Shown: positions 9,444 through 19,991, numbered from the stretch's first letter. The stretch: DNA of 64,000 bases from an uncultured Gammaproteobacteria bacterium (GCA_902595845.1 CACJRN010000002.1:142879-206878), one strand, 5' to 3'. Notes: generated by a model from the letters alone, not told the origin. Translations and numbers: made by a program.

Positions 9444-10373
9444 ATGTTCAAGTTTCCAAAGAAATACTACCTATGCTGTGTCATGTCACTATTGCTTGGC
9501 ATTAATTCCAATGCAATGAATGCAACCGATGTCGATGAAAACAAATTAGAAAAAATAGAGACATTTCAGTCTGAAAACTTCAGCACCAGAGTTCGATTCA
9601 TCATTATCCACTATACAAGCATAGACTGGGAAAACTCTTTGAAAGTTCTCACCCAAGAGAGATACGGGGTCAGTACACATTATTTAATTCCTGAAGATGG
9701 TGATGAAACATATCAAGAACAAGTCAAGATTTATCAATTGGTAGATGAAGAAGATCGTGCTTGGCATGCAGGCGTGAGCAAATGGGAAGAGCGGACAAAT
9801 ATCAATGATCAATCAATAGGTATTGAGCTGGTTAATCAAGCTGAATGCTCTATCAGACAGGGATCACAATATGATTATACAAATAACTATGTTTGTTTAT
9901 TTTCAGACTTTGATAATGCTCAGATTGAAATATTGATTACTCTTCTGAAGGATATTCTCTCCAGACATGATGAGATTAAGCCAACATATGTTATTGGGCA
10001 TTCAGATATTTCACCAGATAGAAAATTTGATCCTGGCCCAAAGTTTCCTTGGAAAAGACTATACGAAAACGGTATCGGCGCTTGGTATGACGATGTGACT
10101 CAAAAGAAATATAAAAAGAAATTCAGTTCAAAGATGCCCAGCATTGGTCAAATTCAATGCGGTCTCAAAAAATATGGTTATGGCATAGAAGTAACGGAAG
10201 TAATGGATCAACAAACATTCTATGTTATCAGAGCATTTCAATATCACTTCACACCAGACAAATCCAATGGAAGGATCTCAATTGAGATGGTTTCAGCACT
10301 TTGGGCATTATTGGAAAAATATTTCCCTGAAACTATTAAGAATGATAGGTTGGTTGGATGTAACGATAATTAA
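9444..10373 (+). CDS. N-acetylmuramoyl-L-alanine amidase (amidase_2, AmpD/AmiD type) with C-terminal peptidoglycan-binding repeat
   Basis: Signal peptide. IIHYT...HYLI...AWHAG...IGIELVN...GHSDISPDRKFDPGPKFPW is the amidase_2 core. The C-terminus (GLKKYGYG...AFQYHF) is PG_binding_1-like. The track start 9441 is a TTG immediately before ATG 9444. Confidence 0.8.
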   Translation: MFKFPKKYYLCCVMSLLLGINSNAMNATDVDENKLEKIETFQSENFSTRVRFIIIHYTSIDWENSLKVLTQERYGVSTHYLIPEDGDETYQEQVKIYQLVDEEDRAWHAGVSKWEERTNINDQSIGIELVNQAECSIRQGSQYDYTNNYVCLFSDFDNAQIEILITLLKDILSRHDEIKPTYVIGHSDISPDRKFDPGPKFPWKRLYENGIGAWYDDVTQKKYKKKFSSKMPSIGQIQCGLKKYGYGIEVTEVMDQQTFYVIRAFQYHFTPDKSNGRISIEMVSALWALLEKYFPETIKNDRLVGCNDN

Positions 10374-10388
10374 TACTGGTAAGCAGTC

Positions 10389-11642
10389 ATGAAAAAAATT
10401 TTATACTTAATACCTTTTCTAATATTTATTCATTCAGTAGCCTACTCTCAGGCTATATTGATTAAACCTAAACAGATACTTGATGTCAGGTCAGGAAAAC
10501 TAATTAATGCAGATATTCTTGTAGAATCGGGCGTCATTAAAAAGGTAGCTAAGAATATTCCAATAAAAAGTGAATATGAAATTATCGATCTTCGTGATAT
10601 GACAGCGCTACCTGGCTTGATGGATGCACATGTTCATCTAACAGGGAATACGGATCTAAAAGGTAATGAGGGAATTTCGGAATCATCGTATCTTGCTACT
10701 ATATATGGCGTAAAGAATGCCAAAGAAACACTAATGGCCGGGTTTACAACTGTGAGAAATGTTGGTGCTTCAAACTATTCAGATGTGGCATTGAGAGATG
10801 GTATAGAACAAAAAGCAATTGTAGGACCTACACTGCTTGTATCAGGACCTCCTCTTGGAATAACAGGCGGTCATTGTGATAGCAACATATTGCCAGCTGA
10901 ATATGAATACAAAGCTCAAGGTGTTGCTGATGGTCCTTGGGAGGTTCGCAGAAAGGTTCGTGAGAATAAAAAATACGGTGTTGATCTCATTAAATATTGT
11001 GCAACAGGTGGTGTTATGTCAAAGGGCACAAATGTTAACAACAGACAGTACACACTTGATGAAATGAAGGCAATCGTCGATGAAGCTCATACACTTGGAA
11101 TGAAAGTTGCTGCACATGCCCATGGCTTACAAGGCATTCGAATGGCAATTGAAGCGGGCGTTGATTCCATTGAACATTCAAGCCTGATAGATCAAGAAAC
11201 TGTCAATTATGCAATCTCAAAAGGAGTTTTCTTGACTATGGATATTTATGTTTCAGATTATATCCTTGGTGAAGGTGCCAAGAATGGCATACCAGAATAT
11301 TCACTTGAAAAAGAAAGAATCGTAGGTAAAAAACAAAGAGAGAATTTTAAAATGGCATTTGAGTCAGGTGCAAAGATGGCCTTTGGTACAGATGCAGGAA
11401 TATATCCTCATGGAAAGAATGCTAGACAGTTTAAATATATGGTTCAATGGGGTATGACGCCGATTGAAGCCATACAGGCATCTACAATAAACACAGCTGA
11501 GCTTTTTGGTTTGAATAATATTGGCGAAATTAAAGAGTCATTTGATGCAGACATAGTAGCAGTAATGGGGAATCCACTTGATGATATTACTTTATTGGAA
11601 AATATCGATTTTGTAATGAAGGAAGGACAAATTATCAAATAA
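10389..11642 (+). CDS. Secreted amidohydrolase-family metallo-hydrolase (COG1228-like)
   Basis: Signal peptide. PGLMDAHVHL (HxH), AAHAHG, and a late FGTDAG motif typical of the amidohydrolase superfamily. Confidence 0.7.
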   Translation: MKKILYLIPFLIFIHSVAYSQAILIKPKQILDVRSGKLINADILVESGVIKKVAKNIPIKSEYEIIDLRDMTALPGLMDAHVHLTGNTDLKGNEGISESSYLATIYGVKNAKETLMAGFTTVRNVGASNYSDVALRDGIEQKAIVGPTLLVSGPPLGITGGHCDSNILPAEYEYKAQGVADGPWEVRRKVRENKKYGVDLIKYCATGGVMSKGTNVNNRQYTLDEMKAIVDEAHTLGMKVAAHAHGLQGIRMAIEAGVDSIEHSSLIDQETVNYAISKGVFLTMDIYVSDYILGEGAKNGIPEYSLEKERIVGKKQRENFKMAFESGAKMAFGTDAGIYPHGKNARQFKYMVQWGMTPIEAIQASTINTAELFGLNNIGEIKESFDADIVAVMGNPLDDITLLENIDFVMKEGQIIK

Positions 11643-11647
11643 AAAAA

Positions 11648-11665
11648 AGCCTGCAAAGGCAGGCT
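11648..11665. terminator. Bidirectional intrinsic terminator between convergent amidohydrolase and TonB-dependent receptor genes
   Basis: AGCCTGC-aaag-GCAGGCT hairpin, flanked by A8 on the left and T5 on the right. Confidence 0.7.
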
Positions 11666-11689
11666 TTTTCTTAAGTGCAGATTATCTGA

Positions 11690-14050
11690 TTAGAAGTCTC
11701 TTGAATAAGACAATCCGATCGTTCTAGGCGGTATCCATTGAAGATAGTTTCTAGCACGATAACTTGGTGATTCAGCTGAGAATCTAAATGCCTCGCTCCT
11801 TTCATCTGTAAGATTACTTACAGACAATTGAACTCTTGAATTCTCATCTATTTCAAGACCAAGATTAAAGTTGACTTGTGTATAGCTTGGAGACATGTCT
11901 TCTCTGTCTTCAGCAAATGTTGCATAACTTTCTCCATAGTAGTTGAAGTCAGCTCTTGCAAATGCTGGTGAATTAAACATTTCAAATCTATATGACAAAC
12001 CAAGAGACATTTGCTCTTCTGCAATATTAGGTAAACGATCACCTGCAGTAGCACCTAAAGATGCAATATCATTACTTATTTCAGCACTGATAAAGCTTCC
12101 AGCAACATCAAGTACAAGGTTTTCTGATATGTCATAAGAAAAATCAAGTTCCAAGCCTGATGTTTCAGCTTCACCACCGTTATAAGTAAATGACCATCCG
12201 CATGCAGGTCTCACTGTTACTTGAATACCTGTCCAATCTACCCAGAAGTAAGTTGCATTCAGTGTATAGTTATCACCTCGTGATTTAACACCAATTTCAG
12301 TATTTTCAGCTTCATCTGAAGTGTATCTTCTCTTGAATCCAGCTGCTTCAGGATCGTTTGCACAGAAGAACGGAAGTGCTGCATTATTACCACCTGAGCG
12401 ATAACCAACTGACGAAACGGCAAATAATGTTAAATCATCATCAACCTCATAAGCGACTGTGTACTTAAATCGATTATCAGATTCTTCACCATTTTCTTCA
12501 GCACATGTAACACCAACAGCTTCTGTACCATCACAGCCTGTGTTATCGGCACTTTCATAAAAGATTCCATACTCAGATGACTTAAAGCCATCAGCAAGTT
12601 CGAAGTCTCTCATGCCGACAGTGAATGTCCATTTATCAACTGTATAGTCGACAGAAGCATATAAAGCCTCTTCTTCTGAATAATTATAGTAATTGTAACT
12701 ACCATATACCAAGAGCCCTTGATTACCTCTGAAGCTCGTATCACCATAGGGTGATATGTAAACTGATGGATCATATGTACCGTTATGTGACGTGAATCCC
12801 ATATAAGACTTAATATAGTCTAGCCCATCTGCATTTGATACTTCCCATTCAGTAACGCTGTTAGGAGCAGTATCGTATTCAGTTTTGAAGTATCCAACAG
12901 TCCATTGAAATGGACCATCGCTAGTTGATGAAAGTCTCAGTTCTTTTGTGTCACGACCAGCATCACCATAGTAATAAAGTGGATCAGGATAAAGATCATC
13001 TGTATCAATTCTTGACCAATCAGTCACATAGAAATCTTCAAAATCATAATCAGCAAGTATTAACATCGCTGTGAAGGATTCAAAATCATATTCAGCAGTC
13101 AGTGATGTCACAGTAGACTCGACATCAAATGTTTCATCTGTATATGAATAAAATGCGACGCTTGGATCATATCCACTAAGATCTCCACCAGCGGTTGCAT
13201 AAACCCTTGAGCAGGTATCACCATAGTACCAAGCAGTGTCATATGAACAATTAGCATCTACAATGTCTGCAGTACCTGGTTTATCAGCATTCCCTTTTTC
13301 TTTTTGACCAAAGTCATAACGCTCTCTTTTCATGACCATCGCATTGATATCTAAAGGACCATTTTGATATCTGAACATCAATCTGTATTCATCATCTTCT
13401 TGAGTGCCAATATCTTTTCTGCCAGTTGCAATATTCTGATAGATTCCAGGATTTTCTCCTGAAGTATAGACAGCTCTCATTGCAAAATTTTCAGAAAAAG
13501 GAACATTGACCATGAGGTTATAATTCATCCCTGAGTCTTCAGCGAGTTTTTTATCAATTGCTTCAATGGTCACATTGCCTTCGAATTCATCAAATTGGGG
13601 CATGGCTGTAATGTATCTAATGGTTCCACCAACGGCATTGGATCCATATAGCGTGCCTTGTGGGCCTCTAAGGACCTCAATCCTGTTGACATCATATAGG
13701 TTAGTCATCCCCATTGAGATCTCACCCATATAAGTATTAGAGGTTCCTGAAGATACTTGTGCTGTTCCAGTATTTAGACCTCTCATTGTGTAATAAGTAT
13801 CACCACCAGGTGTTGATACTCCAGCGAGAGTTCTTAGATAATCTTCCGGATTATAAATTCCTCTTTCAGTCATAACTTCAGATGTTAAAACTGAGATATT
13901 CATTGGTATATCTTGAACCGTTTGCTCTCTTTTATTAGCTGTAACAATAATCTCCTCAATTTCCTGAGCAAAAGAAGCTACAGAAAACAACGAGATGCCT
14001 ATTATTGCTAATATATAGTTCTTTAAACTATTCATTAGTTTTTTCTCCAT
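11690..14050 (-). CDS. TonB-dependent outer-membrane receptor
   Basis: 786 aa. Signal peptide, plug region (IEEIIVTANKREQTVQDIPMNISVLT...RIEVLRGPQGTLYGSNAVGGTIRY), a long beta-barrel with alternating aromatic pattern, and a C-terminal ...LSYSRDF. Confidence 0.9.
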   Translation of the reverse strand: MEKKLMNSLKNYILAIIGISLFSVASFAQEIEEIIVTANKREQTVQDIPMNISVLTSEVMTERGIYNPEDYLRTLAGVSTPGGDTYYTMRGLNTGTAQVSSGTSNTYMGEISMGMTNLYDVNRIEVLRGPQGTLYGSNAVGGTIRYITAMPQFDEFEGNVTIEAIDKKLAEDSGMNYNLMVNVPFSENFAMRAVYTSGENPGIYQNIATGRKDIGTQEDDEYRLMFRYQNGPLDINAMVMKRERYDFGQKEKGNADKPGTADIVDANCSYDTAWYYGDTCSRVYATAGGDLSGYDPSVAFYSYTDETFDVESTVTSLTAEYDFESFTAMLILADYDFEDFYVTDWSRIDTDDLYPDPLYYYGDAGRDTKELRLSSTSDGPFQWTVGYFKTEYDTAPNSVTEWEVSNADGLDYIKSYMGFTSHNGTYDPSVYISPYGDTSFRGNQGLLVYGSYNYYNYSEEEALYASVDYTVDKWTFTVGMRDFELADGFKSSEYGIFYESADNTGCDGTEAVGVTCAEENGEESDNRFKYTVAYEVDDDLTLFAVSSVGYRSGGNNAALPFFCANDPEAAGFKRRYTSDEAENTEIGVKSRGDNYTLNATYFWVDWTGIQVTVRPACGWSFTYNGGEAETSGLELDFSYDISENLVLDVAGSFISAEISNDIASLGATAGDRLPNIAEEQMSLGLSYRFEMFNSPAFARADFNYYGESYATFAEDREDMSPSYTQVNFNLGLEIDENSRVQLSVSNLTDERSEAFRFSAESPSYRARNYLQWIPPRTIGLSYSRDF

Positions 14051-14223
14051 TGTTTTATTGTGCCACCCCTATCCAATGCTTTTCAGCATGAATACCTGAC
14101 CAGTACATACTATCAAGCAATGATAAATTTATCTGTATATTTTGATCTCTTTTTTACAGATCGAATTGATATATAAGGACTGCCTTTGGTTAAATTAATT
14201 TTATTATTAACTCAAAACTTACC

Positions 14224-14253
14224 TTGGACTATCAGCGAATAAATAGTCATAAT
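14224..14253 (+). promoter_or_regulatory. Candidate sigma70 promoter for tRNA-Val
   Basis: TTGGAC, 18-nt spacer, CATAAT, ending 14 nt before the mature tRNA 5' end. By-eye match only. Confidence 0.3.
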
Positions 14254-14267
14254 AATCATCCTTCTAA

Positions 14268-14341
14268 TCGCGCGTAGCTCAGTTGGTTAGAGTATCACCT
14301 TGACATGGTGGGGGTCACTGGTTCGAATCCAGTCGCGCGAA
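14268..14341 (+). tRNA. tRNA-Val (anticodon GAC)
   Basis: Hand-folded cloverleaf. Acceptor TCGCGCG/CGCGCGA, anticodon arm TCACC-TTGACAT-GGTGG, T-arm ACTGG-TTCGAAT-CCAGT, discriminator A. CCA is not encoded. Near-identical core to E. coli tRNA-Val(GAC). Confidence 0.9.
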
Positions 14342-14350
14342 GGAAGTTCT

Positions 14351-14680
14351 TCAGCTTTTATTGGTTTCTTTAAAAAGATATTCAGTTAGGTCATTCAGAT
14401 CTTCTTCAATATAGCCAGAAGCATGCCATGATTTTAGGATTCTATCTAAAATCTCTTCTTTTGAATTGCCTTCGAAAGTTTTTAACTCATGACAACCTTC
14501 ACAGCCATTACGTATAAGTTGTTTCGGGGAATCTAAGTATTTGTATAGTAATATTTGAAGAATCAGTGGACTTGGAGCTTCCTCTGCTAATTTTTTACCA
14601 TATTCAATATCACCAGTTATTTCGGCATTCAAAGGCATATATGCAAACAAACTAATCAGAATGATTGTTGTAAATTTCAA
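14351..14680 (-). CDS. Small secreted protein with one CxxCH motif (putative atypical c-type haem protein)
   Basis: CEGCH motif. A TTG at 14680 lies 7 nt after AAAGGGGG and yields a clean signal peptide (M)KFTTIILISLFAYMPLNA. The track ORF starts at ATG 14701, which has no SD. Function is weakly supported. Confidence 0.45.
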   Translation of the reverse strand: MKFTTIILISLFAYMPLNAEITGDIEYGKKLAEEAPSPLILQILLYKYLDSPKQLIRNGCEGCHELKTFEGNSKEEILDRILKSWHASGYIEEDLNDLTEYLFKETNKS

Positions 14681-14721
14681 ATTTATACCCCCTTTGATCA
14701 TGCTACAAATAGATAATTATT

Positions 14722-16758
14722 TTAGACCGTCATCTTTTTAGATGAATCTACATAATTTATACCAAAATTAAGATCTTTTATTAATTTTATTTCATCCCGA
14801 ATTTTTGCTGCCTCTTCAAAGTCTAGATCCTTCGCTGCATTAAACATTTTGACTTCAAGCTCCTCTAAAAGTTTAGATATATCTGAAGGATTATCAGATC
14901 GCAGTTTCTTTTTAATCTGATTTGGTATTTTGATGAATTTTCTCGTTTGTGAAGGTTTTGATCCTTCCATAATATCCTGAATATTTTTTATTATCGTTTT
15001 GGGCTTAATACCATTATCTTTATTGAACTGCATTTGCTTCTCTCTTCTCCGATTCGTCTCTCCAATTGCATTCTTCATTGAATCTGTCACTTTATCTGCA
15101 TACATTATTGCTTTCCCGTTCACATTCCTAGCTGCGCGACCAATCGTTTGAATCAAAGAACCTTCTGATCTCAAAAAGCCTTCTTTATCTGCATCAAGAA
15201 TTGCAACCAATGATACTTCTGGTAAATCAAGGCCCTCTCTTAATAAGTTAATACCAACCAATACATCAAATTCACCCAATCTCAGATCTCTAAGAATCTC
15301 TGACCTCTCAACAGTGTCGATATCAGAATGGAGATATCTAACCCTAACCTGATTATCATTAAAATATTCTGCTAAATCCTCAGCCATTCTCTTTGTAAGT
15401 GTTGTTACAAGAATACGTTCTTCGTTTTTAACTCTTAATCTGATTTCTGACAGTAAATCATCAACTTGATTGGTTACCGGCCTGATTTCAACTTCTGGGT
15501 CAATTAAACCTGTTGGACGAACGATCTGTTCAGCAACATTATCCGATTGTTCTAATTCATAGTCTCTCGGTGTGGCAGAGACATAAACTGTTTGCTTTGA
15601 CATATCATCAAATTCTTCATACATAAGTGGTCGATTATCCAACGCAGATGGGAGCCTAAAACCATATTCAACCAATGTAGTTTTTCTTGAATGGTCTCCC
15701 TTGTACATTCCTCTTAATTGAGGGATAGTCACATGGCTCTCATCGATAATGATTAATGAGTCTTTTGGAAGATAATCAATTAAACAGGGTGGCGGTTCAC
15801 CCTCTTCTCTTCCTGACAGATATCTACTGTAATTCTCAATACCAGAGCAGAAACCAAGCTCTCTGATCATCTCAATATCATACATGGTTCTCTGCTCAAG
15901 CCTTTGTGCTTCAACGAGCTTATTTTGACTATTTAGATCAATCAATCGGTCAGATAGTTCATCTTTGATTTGATCTATTGCATTCAGCATGACCTCACGT
16001 GGAGTAACATAATGTGTTTTTGGGAAAATTGTTACCTGTCTAACCTTTCTCTTCACTTCGCCAGTTAATGGATCAAAGTAAGAAATATTTTCTACTTCAT
16101 CATCAAACATCTCTATTCTAATTGCTTCATTATCAGAATCAGCTGGAAATATATCTATGACATCACCCATAACTCTGAACGCACCTTGTTTGAATTCAAT
16201 ATTGTTTCTTTGATATTGCAATTCTGCTAGTTTCTGTGTGATTGATTTAACGTTCAATCGATCATTTAAAGATAAATGAAGGACCATATTTAAATATTGT
16301 TTTGGATCACCCAGGCCATATATCGCAGATACAGATGCCACAATGATTGTATCTTTTCTTTCGATCAGTGCTTTTGTTGCTGAGAGCCTCATCTGTTCTA
16401 TATGGGCATTTACAGATGCATCTTTCTCAATATAAACATCTGTTACAGGGACATAAGCTTCAGGTTGATAGTAATCATAGTATGAGACAAAGTATTCAAC
16501 TTTGTTTTCAGGAAAGTATTCTCTCATTTCACCATAGAGTTGAGCAGCAAGCGTTTTATTTGGAGCGAGCAGAAGAGTCGTTCTTTGTGATTGTTGAATT
16601 AAATTAGCGATGGTGAATGTTTTTCCTGAACCAGTAACGCCAAGCAAAGTTTGTTTATGGAGACCAGATTCTAAGCCATTCAATAATGAATTTATGGCAT
16701 CTGGTTGGTCACCTTTTGGAGCATAATTCGCTTTTAATTTAAAACAATCGTCTTTCAT
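14722..16758 (-). CDS. uvrB: Excinuclease ABC subunit B
   Basis: 678 aa. [10 protein letters not shown] Walker A, helicase motifs (DESH), and a C-terminal UVR domain ([11 protein letters not shown]). Confidence 0.97.
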   Translation of the reverse strand: MKDDCFKLKANYAPKGDQPDAINSLLNGLESGLHKQTLLGVTGSGKTFTIANLIQQSQRTTLLLAPNKTLAAQLYGEMREYFPENKVEYFVSYYDYYQPEAYVPVTDVYIEKDASVNAHIEQMRLSATKALIERKDTIIVASVSAIYGLGDPKQYLNMVLHLSLNDRLNVKSITQKLAELQYQRNNIEFKQGAFRVMGDVIDIFPADSDNEAIRIEMFDDEVENISYFDPLTGEVKRKVRQVTIFPKTHYVTPREVMLNAIDQIKDELSDRLIDLNSQNKLVEAQRLEQRTMYDIEMIRELGFCSGIENYSRYLSGREEGEPPPCLIDYLPKDSLIIIDESHVTIPQLRGMYKGDHSRKTTLVEYGFRLPSALDNRPLMYEEFDDMSKQTVYVSATPRDYELEQSDNVAEQIVRPTGLIDPEVEIRPVTNQVDDLLSEIRLRVKNEERILVTTLTKRMAEDLAEYFNDNQVRVRYLHSDIDTVERSEILRDLRLGEFDVLVGINLLREGLDLPEVSLVAILDADKEGFLRSEGSLIQTIGRAARNVNGKAIMYADKVTDSMKNAIGETNRRREKQMQFNKDNGIKPKTIIKNIQDIMEGSKPSQTRKFIKIPNQIKKKLRSDNPSDISKLLEELEVKMFNAAKDLDFEEAAKIRDEIKLIKDLNFGINYVDSSKKMTV

Positions 16759-16800
16759 AATTTGCTATTATATCGATCTATATTATAAAGATTCCATAGA

Positions 16801-17982
16801 ATGAATAATCCAATATCTGAAAGAGTTAGAAAGGTGAAACCTTCAGCAACTATTGCAATCTCATCGAAAGCAATGGAAATGAGATCTGCTGGAATAAATG
16901 TCATCAGCATGAGTGCTGGTGAGCCAGATTTTGATACTCCTCAACATATCAAGGATGCCGCAAAGGCAGCAATGGATAATGGAATGACAAAATATACCCA
17001 GGTGGATGGTACTCCAGAATTGAAAGAAGCCATCATCAAAAAATTCAGCGATGACAATGATCTGAGTTATCAGCCTGAAAATATTCTTGTTTCGACAGGA
17101 GCCAAGCAAACTCTATACAATCTTTTTCAAGCCATCTTAGGTGATGGAGATGAAGTCATCATAATCAGTCCATATTGGGTCTCATATCCTGACATGGTTC
17201 TTTTGGCAGATGCAAAACCAGTATTTGTAGATACTTTTCAAGAGAATAACTTCTCGTTAGATTTAAATGCATTTTCCAATGCAATCAATGAGAAAACAAA
17301 ACTTGTGATCATTAACTCTCCATCTAACCCAACTGGAATAACTTTCACTAGATCAGACTACGAGTCTATTGGTGCTGTATTAGATAATTATCCCAACGCA
17401 TATGTTGCAACTGATGATATGTATGAATATATCTATTGGGGTGAAGAACCATTTGTTTCTTTTGCACAAGCATGTCCTGCATTATTTGACCGAACCATAA
17501 CAATCAATGGTGTCTCAAAATCATATGCAATGACCGGTTGGAGAATTGGCTATTGTGGTGGACCTGCTGATGTTATTGGCGCAATGAAAAAAGTTCAAAG
17601 CCAGAGTACTTCAAACCCATCTTCCATCTCACAGGCAGCAACTGTTGCTGCACTCAATGGTTCAAAAGATGAGGTTTTTTCGATGGTTGAGCAGTATAAG
17701 ATTCGACATGACTACTTGTGCTCAGCACTCAATGCAATTGAAGGTTTTAAAACTTCTCCAGGAACAGGTGCATTTTATTTATTTCCAGACGTTAAAAATG
17801 TCATTGAGAATAAAGGCTTCACTGATGATATGGAATTATCTGAGTATTTAATTGAAAGTGCTAATGTAGCTGTCGTTCCTGGAAGCGCTTTTGGTTCAAA
17901 AGGATACATTCGACTATCTTATGCAACTAGTCTAGAAAACATTAAGGAAGCTGTGGAAAGAATATCTAAATCATTGTCTTAA
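16801..17982 (+). CDS. Class I pyridoxal-phosphate aminotransferase (aspartate aminotransferase-like)
   Basis: 393 aa. NSPSNPTG and SKSYAMTGWRIGY (PLP lysine) motifs. Confidence 0.85.
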   Translation: MNNPISERVRKVKPSATIAISSKAMEMRSAGINVISMSAGEPDFDTPQHIKDAAKAAMDNGMTKYTQVDGTPELKEAIIKKFSDDNDLSYQPENILVSTGAKQTLYNLFQAILGDGDEVIIISPYWVSYPDMVLLADAKPVFVDTFQENNFSLDLNAFSNAINEKTKLVIINSPSNPTGITFTRSDYESIGAVLDNYPNAYVATDDMYEYIYWGEEPFVSFAQACPALFDRTITINGVSKSYAMTGWRIGYCGGPADVIGAMKKVQSQSTSNPSSISQAATVAALNGSKDEVFSMVEQYKIRHDYLCSALNAIEGFKTSPGTGAFYLFPDVKNVIENKGFTDDMELSEYLIESANVAVVPGSAFGSKGYIRLSYATSLENIKEAVERISKSLS

Positions 17983-18031
17983 TCAGGCTTGACTATTGAA
18001 TTGGCTTCAAGCAGACTTCTTTTAAATCTAC

Positions 18032-18107
18032 TCCCCGGTAGCTCAGTTGGTAGAGCGATTGACTGTTAATCAATTGGTCGCTGGTTCGAGTCCGGCCCGG
18101 GGAGCCA
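18032..18107 (+). tRNA. tRNA-Asn (anticodon GTT)
   Basis: 76 nt with encoded CCA. Acceptor TCCCCGG/CCGGGGA, anticodon loop CTGTTAA, T-loop TTCGAGT. Confidence 0.92.
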
Positions 18108-18119
18108 GATTAAAGATTC

Positions 18120-18524
18120 TCAAACACTCTCAGCAATCATTTTCTTAAACTTTGTGGTACTCCAACCATGTGATCTATCCAAATAGTGAATAGGTATACC
18201 AAGATCGTCACCTGTGAATGATTTGTCTTTATAATCATCACCTAGAAATCTTATGTCTATTTGTTCTGTTTTAAGGATATCGTAGAGATCAGACTCTATT
18301 TGGTAAGTGATGATACGATCAACCTGCTTGAGTGATGACAAAATCATATTTCTCTCATTAAGATCAAGTATGGGTTTAATCTTTTCAGGTCTTTCAATTG
18401 ATGGATCATCATGAAGAAAAAGTATTAAAATATCACAATGCTTTTTACATTCGTCAAACATATATATGTACCCAGGGTGAATAACATCAAAGTTTCCTGC
18501 AATAACACCAACGATTTGACTCAT
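18120..18524 (-). CDS. Cytidylyltransferase-family nucleotidyltransferase (TagD / RfaE domain II-like)
   Basis: 134 aa. N-terminal GNFDVIHPGY (variant of GxFDxxHxGH). The C-terminus ...GDDY..K.F......IPIHYLDRSHGWSTTKFKKMI parallels TagD. Confidence 0.65.
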   Translation of the reverse strand: MSQIVGVIAGNFDVIHPGYIYMFDECKKHCDILILFLHDDPSIERPEKIKPILDLNERNMILSSLKQVDRIITYQIESDLYDILKTEQIDIRFLGDDYKDKSFTGDDLGIPIHYLDRSHGWSTTKFKKMIAESV

Positions 18525-18525
18525 A

Positions 18526-19683
18526 TCAGATAGCCTTCAAAAAATTGATTGGTATAGATGATTCCCAGTTTTTGCATGTCGGGCACTGCCATGAGAAAGC
18601 AATTGTTTGATAACCACACTTTTTACAATTAAATTTATATTCTGACTTCATCTTCTTATTCAGTATGAGTCGCATGCTTTGACTGAGACGATTTGATATC
18701 GTTGAAACTATAGAATAATTCTCATCAAGTTTATCAATTTCTTTAACGATATCTTGGTTCTCAATGAATAATTGAATCTCATTTTCAATGATTTTATTGT
18801 CGATTTCCGGATACATAACACCCACGAGAGATAAGTAGTCATGTGCATCTGGATCACTTACCAGAAGCTCAGTTAATTTTGTATTGATTAAGTCAGCTTC
18901 ATGATTTGAGGATTGGAGTATTTTTGGCAGTGCTAGGATATATGCAATTTTATTTTTGTTTACCATTGTTACAAAAGAATTGATAGCTGCAGAGTGATTA
19001 AAGTTTTTTAAGTCAATAAGCAATTTTATAAACTCACTCCTAATCGATTCTGTATGAAGACCTTGAGCTTTTAAAAGATAATCATTGGCTGAATTAATTT
19101 CGCCATTTTCAATATGGCTTTCTGCTATTTCACAATAGTAATGATTTCTGCTAATTGATAAGTCAAAATTGCTTTCCTTGTCTAATTCCTCTAAGAAATT
19201 CAGTGCCTTCTGCCACTCTCCGAAATATTCATTTATGATTATCAATTTATTTAGGGCATCTTCTTTATGTGTATCAAATTCTTTGAGTTTTAGAAATATT
19301 TCTTCAGCTTTATTATATATCCCAGCAGAAAAATAGTTTTCACCTAGTTCAAACAATGTTTGAAAATAATGATATTCAGGTAGATCATCTTTAGAGAGAA
19401 TATATTCGTGAAGCTGAATTGCTTTATCCACCCTGCCTTGTTTTCTAAATAATACACCTAGGGCAAGGTGTGTTTGTATTGTTTCATCATCAATTTCAAT
19501 AAGATTAGAAAATATATTGATTGCTTTATCTGATTCCTCATCGAGAAGATATTTAAGCCCTGTAAGATAATCAGCATTGATGCTTTCGCTTTTATTAGAC
19601 TCAAAGAAATTTAAATAAATATAAACAAGCAATCCAAATAGGAGGAAGATCCCAGTAAGATAAAAGACACTTTCAGATGGCAT
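18526..19683 (-). CDS. lapB: Lipopolysaccharide assembly protein B (TPR plus rubredoxin-like zinc ribbon)
   Basis: N-terminal TM helix, TPR-like repeats, C-terminal CKKCGY...WQCPTCKNW. Sits after rpsA-ihfB, as in other gammaproteobacteria. Confidence 0.85.
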   Translation of the reverse strand: MPSESVFYLTGIFLLFGLLVYIYLNFFESNKSESINADYLTGLKYLLDEESDKAINIFSNLIEIDDETIQTHLALGVLFRKQGRVDKAIQLHEYILSKDDLPEYHYFQTLFELGENYFSAGIYNKAEEIFLKLKEFDTHKEDALNKLIIINEYFGEWQKALNFLEELDKESNFDLSISRNHYYCEIAESHIENGEINSANDYLLKAQGLHTESIRSEFIKLLIDLKNFNHSAAINSFVTMVNKNKIAYILALPKILQSSNHEADLINTKLTELLVSDPDAHDYLSLVGVMYPEIDNKIIENEIQLFIENQDIVKEIDKLDENYSIVSTISNRLSQSMRLILNKKMKSEYKFNCKKCGYQTIAFSWQCPTCKNWESSIPINFLKAI

Positions 19684-19685
19684 TA

Positions 19686-19991
19686 TTATGAGTCTATATT
19701 ATTGCCCGCATTCTTGACTGATTCACGAAACTCCTTACCTGGCTTAAAATGTGGTACATACCTATTTTGGATATTCACAGACTCACCAGATTTTGGATTT
19801 CTGCCAGTTCTTGATTTTCTAAATCTAAGAGTAAAGCTACCAAAACCTCTGATTTCAATTCGATTTCCATTTTTTAGAGAATCTGACATGGATTTGAAGA
19901 TGGCTTTAACAGATAGCTCTACATCTTTATGTAAAAGCTGATCTTGTTTTGAAGAAATTAAATCGACAAGTTGTTTTTTGTTAATGGCCAC
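19686..19991 (-). CDS. ihfB: Integration host factor beta subunit
   Basis: IEIRGFGSF...RTGRNPKSGE...YVPHFKPGKE. GTG start. Immediately downstream of rpsA. Confidence 0.9.
   Translation of the reverse strand: MAINKKQLVDLISSKQDQLLHKDVELSVKAIFKSMSDSLKNGNRIEIRGFGSFTLRFRKSRTGRNPKSGESVNIQNRYVPHFKPGKEFRESVKNAGNNIDS

Noticed and set aside
4757-11642. Seven tightly spaced co-directional genes (UbiH-like, NUDIX, MBL, AGMO-like, M50 protease, amidase, amidohydrolase). I asked whether they form a novel pathway operon.
   Set aside because: The functions are heterogeneous and I can see no shared substrate logic. Tight packing is the norm across this whole window, so proximity is not evidence of a functional system.
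14051-14267. A 217-nt region lies upstream of the TonB-dependent receptor. I looked for a cobalamin, TPP or other riboswitch. A hairpin with a GAAA loop sits at about 14075-14090 (AUGCU-GAAA-AGCAU).
   Set aside because: I could not find a B12-box, a THI-box (CUGAGA/ACCUGA) or other conserved riboswitch cores. Part of the region is needed for the divergent tRNA-Val promoter. A covariance-model scan would be required to say more.
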